From contig NIVC01000296.1 in the NCBI GenBank assembly GCA_002269645.1, forward strand, positions 558,001-622,000: a DNA stretch of 64,000 nucleotides. Reading direction: 5' to 3'. Position numbers and translations under genes: made by a program. Positions 60,213 through 64,000 of this stretch are shown here, one piece after another (position 1 is the stretch's first letter; every line of letters begins with the position of its first letter). Source of the stretch: Macrostomum lignano. Its lineage: Eukaryota. The notes beneath the pieces were generated by a model. It was not told where the DNA came from and searched no databases. It was given only the letters and a program-made list of their open reading frames with translations.

Positions 60213-63119
60213 GAGCATTTTTGACTCGTATTTATTTTCATCCAAACTCAAGTAATTTACTATGCAGCTGCCCCATGGGATCTGGCAGCGCTGATAGAGA
60301 AAAAATAACTGACAGGCCCAACCCCCCGCGGGAGCAGACAAGCGATTTGTCAAATAGCTATAATGACTGCGCCGGAGCCGTCGGAGAGGTCGCCCTCGTA
60401 TTTTAATGATTGATTGATGCGGCAAAATGCCAGCTGCGCGCCTGTCGTAATGGCCCTCAATAACGTTTTTTTTCAAAAAAAATAAAATGCCTCAGAGTGG
60501 CTGACTTAGTGCGCATTTTGAGTTTTCCATATTGTTGTTTAGGAGGTGATCTCCGCATGTCTAAAGTCATATTACAATTGTCACTTCAGCCTCATTGTTC
60601 ACTGACTTTGTTTAATTACACTGTCCTATGCCAAGACACTAACGGACCAATCCACATGTGAATCTCATCCACAGACACAATCTCATCCACAGACACAATC
60701 TCATCCAGGCACAATCTCATCCACAGACACAATCTCATCCACAGACACAATCTCATCCACAGACACAATCTCATCCACAGACACAATCTCATCCACAGAC
60801 ACAATCTTATCCACAGACACAATCTCATCCACAGACACAATCTCATCCACAGACACAATCTTATCCACAGACACAATCTCATCCACAGACACAATCTCAT
60901 CCACAATCTCATCCACAGATACAATCTCATCCACAGACACAATCTCATCCAGGCACAATCTCATCCACAGACACAATCTCATCCACAGACACAATCTTAT
61001 CCACAGACACAATCTCATCCACAGACACAATCTCATCCAGGCACAATCTCATCCACAGACACAATCTCATCCATAGACACAATCTCATCCACAATCTCAT
61101 CCTCAGATACAATCTCATCCACAGACACAATCTCATCCAGGCACAATCTCATACACAGACACAACCCTTTCCACAGACACAATCTTTTCCACAGACACAA
61201 TCTTTTCCACGGACACAATCTCATACACAGACACAATCCTTTCCACAGACACAATCTTTTCCACAGACACAATCTTTTCCTCAGACACAATCTTTTCCAC
61301 AGACACAATCTCATCCAAGACACAATCTCATCCACGGACACAATCTTTTCCACAGACACAATCTTTTCCACAGACACAATCTTTTCCACGGACACAATCT
61401 CATCCACAGACACAATCTTTTCCACGGACACAATCTCATCCACAGACACAATCTTTTCCACGGACACAATCTCATCCACAGACACAATCTTTTCCACGGA
61501 CACAATCTCATCCACAGACACAATCTCATCCACAAACACAATCTCACTCACAGACACAATCGCAGAACAACCGAGCATTTTTGACTCGTATTTATTTTCA
61601 TCCAAACTCAAGTAATTTACTATGCAGCTGCCCCATGGGATCTGGCAGCGCTGTTAGAGAAAAAATAACTGACAGGAGGCCCAACCCCCGACCTGTCAGT
61701 TATTTTTTGCGGGAGCAGGCAAGCGATTTGTCAAATAGCTATAATGACTGCGCCGGAGCCGTCGGAGAGGTCGCCCTCGTATTTTAATGATTGATTGATG
61801 CGGCAAAATGCCAGCTGCGCGCCTGTCGTAATGGCCCTCAATAACGTTTTTTTCAAAAAAAATAAAATGCCTCAGAGTGGCTGACTTAGTGCGCATTTTG
61901 AGTTTTCCATATTGTTGTTTAGGAGGTGATCTCCGCATGTCTAAAGTCATATTACAATTGTCACTTCAGCCTCATTGTTCATTGACTTTGTTTAATTACA
62001 CTGTCCTATGCCAAGACACTAACGGACCAATCCACATGTGAATCTCATCCACAGACACAATCTCATCCACAGACACAATCTCATCCAGGCACAATCTCAT
62101 CCACAGACACAATCTCATCCACAGACACAATCTCATCCACAGACACAATCTCATCCACAGACACAATCTTATCCACAGACACAATCTCATCCACAGACAC
62201 AATCTTATCCACAGACACAATCTCATCCACAGACACAATCTCATCCACAATCTCATCCACAGATACAATCTCATCCACAGACACAAACTCATCCAGGCAC
62301 AATCTCATCCACAGACACAATCTCATCCACAGACACAATCTTATCCACAGACACAATCTCATCCACAGACACAATCTCATACACAGACACAACCCTTTCC
62401 ACAGACACAATCTTTTCCACAGACACAATCTTTTCCTCAGACACAATCTTTTCCACAGACACAATCTCATCCAAGACACAATCTCATCCACGGACACAAT
62501 CTTTTCCACAGACACAATCTTTTCCACAGACACAATCTTTTCCTCAGACACAATATTTTCCACGGACACAATCTCATCCACAGACACAATCTTTTCCACG
62601 GACACAATCTCATCCACAGACACAATCTTTTCCACGGACACAATCTCATCCACAGACACAATCTTTTCCACGGACACAATCTCATCCACAGACACAATCT
62701 CATCCACAAACACAATCTCACTCACAGACACAATCGCAGAACAACCGAGCATTTTTAACTCGTATTTATTTTCATCCAAACTCAAGTAATTTACTATGCA
62801 GCTGCCCTATGGGATCTGGCAGCGCTGTTAGAGAAAAAATAACTGACAGGCCCAACCCCCCGACCTGTCAGTTATTTTTTGCGGGAGCAGACAAGCGATT
62901 TGTCAAATAGCTACAATGACTGCGCCGGAGCCGTCGCGGAGAGGTCGCCCTCGTATTTTAATGATTGATTGATGCGGCAAAATGCCAGTTGCGCGCCTGT
63001 CATAATGGCCCCCAATAACGTTTTTTTTCAAAAAAAATAAAATGCTTCAGAGTGGCCGACTCAAGTGCGCATTTTGAGTTTTCCATATTGTTGTTTAGGT
63101 GATCTCCGCATCTCTAAAG
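60213..63119. repeat. Composite tandem repeat: ~450-bp core (60213, 61573, 62747) alternating with 18-bp minisatellite arrays (ACACAATCTCATCCACAG; 60661-61562, 62041-62734)
   Basis: Core GAGCATTTTT[G/A]ACTCGTATTTATTTTCATCC... repeated three times at periods 1360 and 1174 bp. Confidence 0.92.
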
Positions 63120-63421
63120 TGGAAGTCAATTGAAAGTGGAGTCAATTGAAAGTGGAAGTCAATTGAAAGTGGAAGTCAATTGAAAGTGGAAGTCAATTGA
63201 AAGTGGAAGTCAATTGAAAGTCAATAGCTTTAGCTCGCAGTAGCGACAAAAGTTTATTAAAGTCAACCTTAAGCAAGACCACATATTTAATAAGCATCGC
63301 AGCATTGCATTGGGGTTGGTGACAGAGAATAGGCTTGCACGAGGGGATAGAGAAAGAACAACGATGTACACAAAGTACAAATTCCACAGTCTGTAAATGA
63401 TCAGTCGGTCAGAGTCCAACA
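63120..63421 (-). mobile_element. Probable 3' LTR of a Ty3/Gypsy element, with terminal 17-bp tandem repeat (GGAAGTCAATTGAAAGT x~6)
   Basis: On minus: stop, polypurine ATGGGGGGCAG, then TGTTGG at 63421; AATAAA inside; ends ...TTCCA at 63120 where it interrupts the third core. Confidence 0.6.
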
Positions 63422-63437
63422 CTGCCCCCCCATCAAA

Positions 63438-64000
63438 CTAGCACTTGTAGCAGACCGGATGTCTTGGTCGGAGCTCATAGGAAGGCCCACCAGCATTCGC
63501 GCTTTCATTCTGATGCGTCGGCTCGTCAGCTGGTGCCGGAACAACCATCTTCGATGGACCAGCTGGGGGCTGCAGATGCTCAGGCTCGCCAGTGCTGTCA
63601 TCCTCCTGATTCTCTGCCTCCTGATTCTCTGGACCGTCGCTCCATTGGTTGCAGTGGGCCAGCCGCAGTCCTCCAGACGGCAAATCAGTTGGGGTCACCA
63701 GAGCAGTACTTTGGCCATGCTGAACCACGAACTCAGCCTTGACTGGTCCGGTCTCTGGGCGCATCCAAACCAGATAGCATCTCCGCCTTGCTCAGGCATT
63801 GATAGCGGATGGCGCAGCCTCCTCCCCCACATCATGATGTCTGGTGACGCTGGTCTAGATCCACTCGGCCGGCCAGTCCTCACGGTCAGGAGCAGCTTCT
63901 GCAGGAATTGTTGAAATGGAACAACTCGGTTCCAGTTTCTCAGTCCGTCCTTCAGGCTCCTTACGAGCCGTTCAGCCTGTCCGTTTGATGCCGGGTGATA
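63438..64000 (-). mobile_element. Ty3/Gypsy pol integrase C-terminus, frameshifted (continues beyond window)
   Basis: Frame from 64000 reads YHPASNGQAERLVRSLKDGL...SPDIMMWGRRLR...DAIW (integrase YHPxSNGxAER motif), then shifts to MRPETGPVKAEF...HCNQW...RHPVCYKC*. Confidence 0.85.

Noticed and set aside
55214-62734. CRISPR-like arrays among the 14-, 18- and 31-bp repeats
   Set aside because: Units are directly adjacent with no unique spacers; no cas genes; eukaryotic context.
60616-62910. ORFs with QTQSHP / DEIVSV / MRLCLW repeats
   Set aside because: Stop-free frames of the 18-bp minisatellite; frames switch arbitrarily.

Overview
Eukaryotic (metazoan, intron-rich) genomic DNA, most likely the flatworm Macrostomum lignano. 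Positions 1-53342 are a giant inverted duplication around a 962-nt N gap (27930-28891). Each arm carries the same 16-exon 5' portion of a very large secreted protein gene: signal peptide, 3x vWD with TIL/C8 modules, 2x LDLa, four Cys-bounded discoidin-like domains, then a tandem array of a 765-bp/255-aa unit. It matches what I recall of the adhesive protein Mlig-ap2. Both copies point into the gap and neither shows a 3' end. They differ by SNPs, indels and VNTR copy number, so the simplest reading is two haplotypes/ohnologues joined through the coding repeat by the assembler. Nearly every intron holds a minisatellite, SINE or MITE. Right of the duplication are a 3-exon TMEM26-family gene (minus strand), a CORE-type SINE, a composite 1.2-1.4-kb tandem repeat with a hairpin, and the 3' end of a Ty3/Gypsy LTR retrotransposon. 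Exon structures were derived by hand from GT-AG sites and phase continuity. No database search was run. I see no prokaryotic-type system or CRISPR array.
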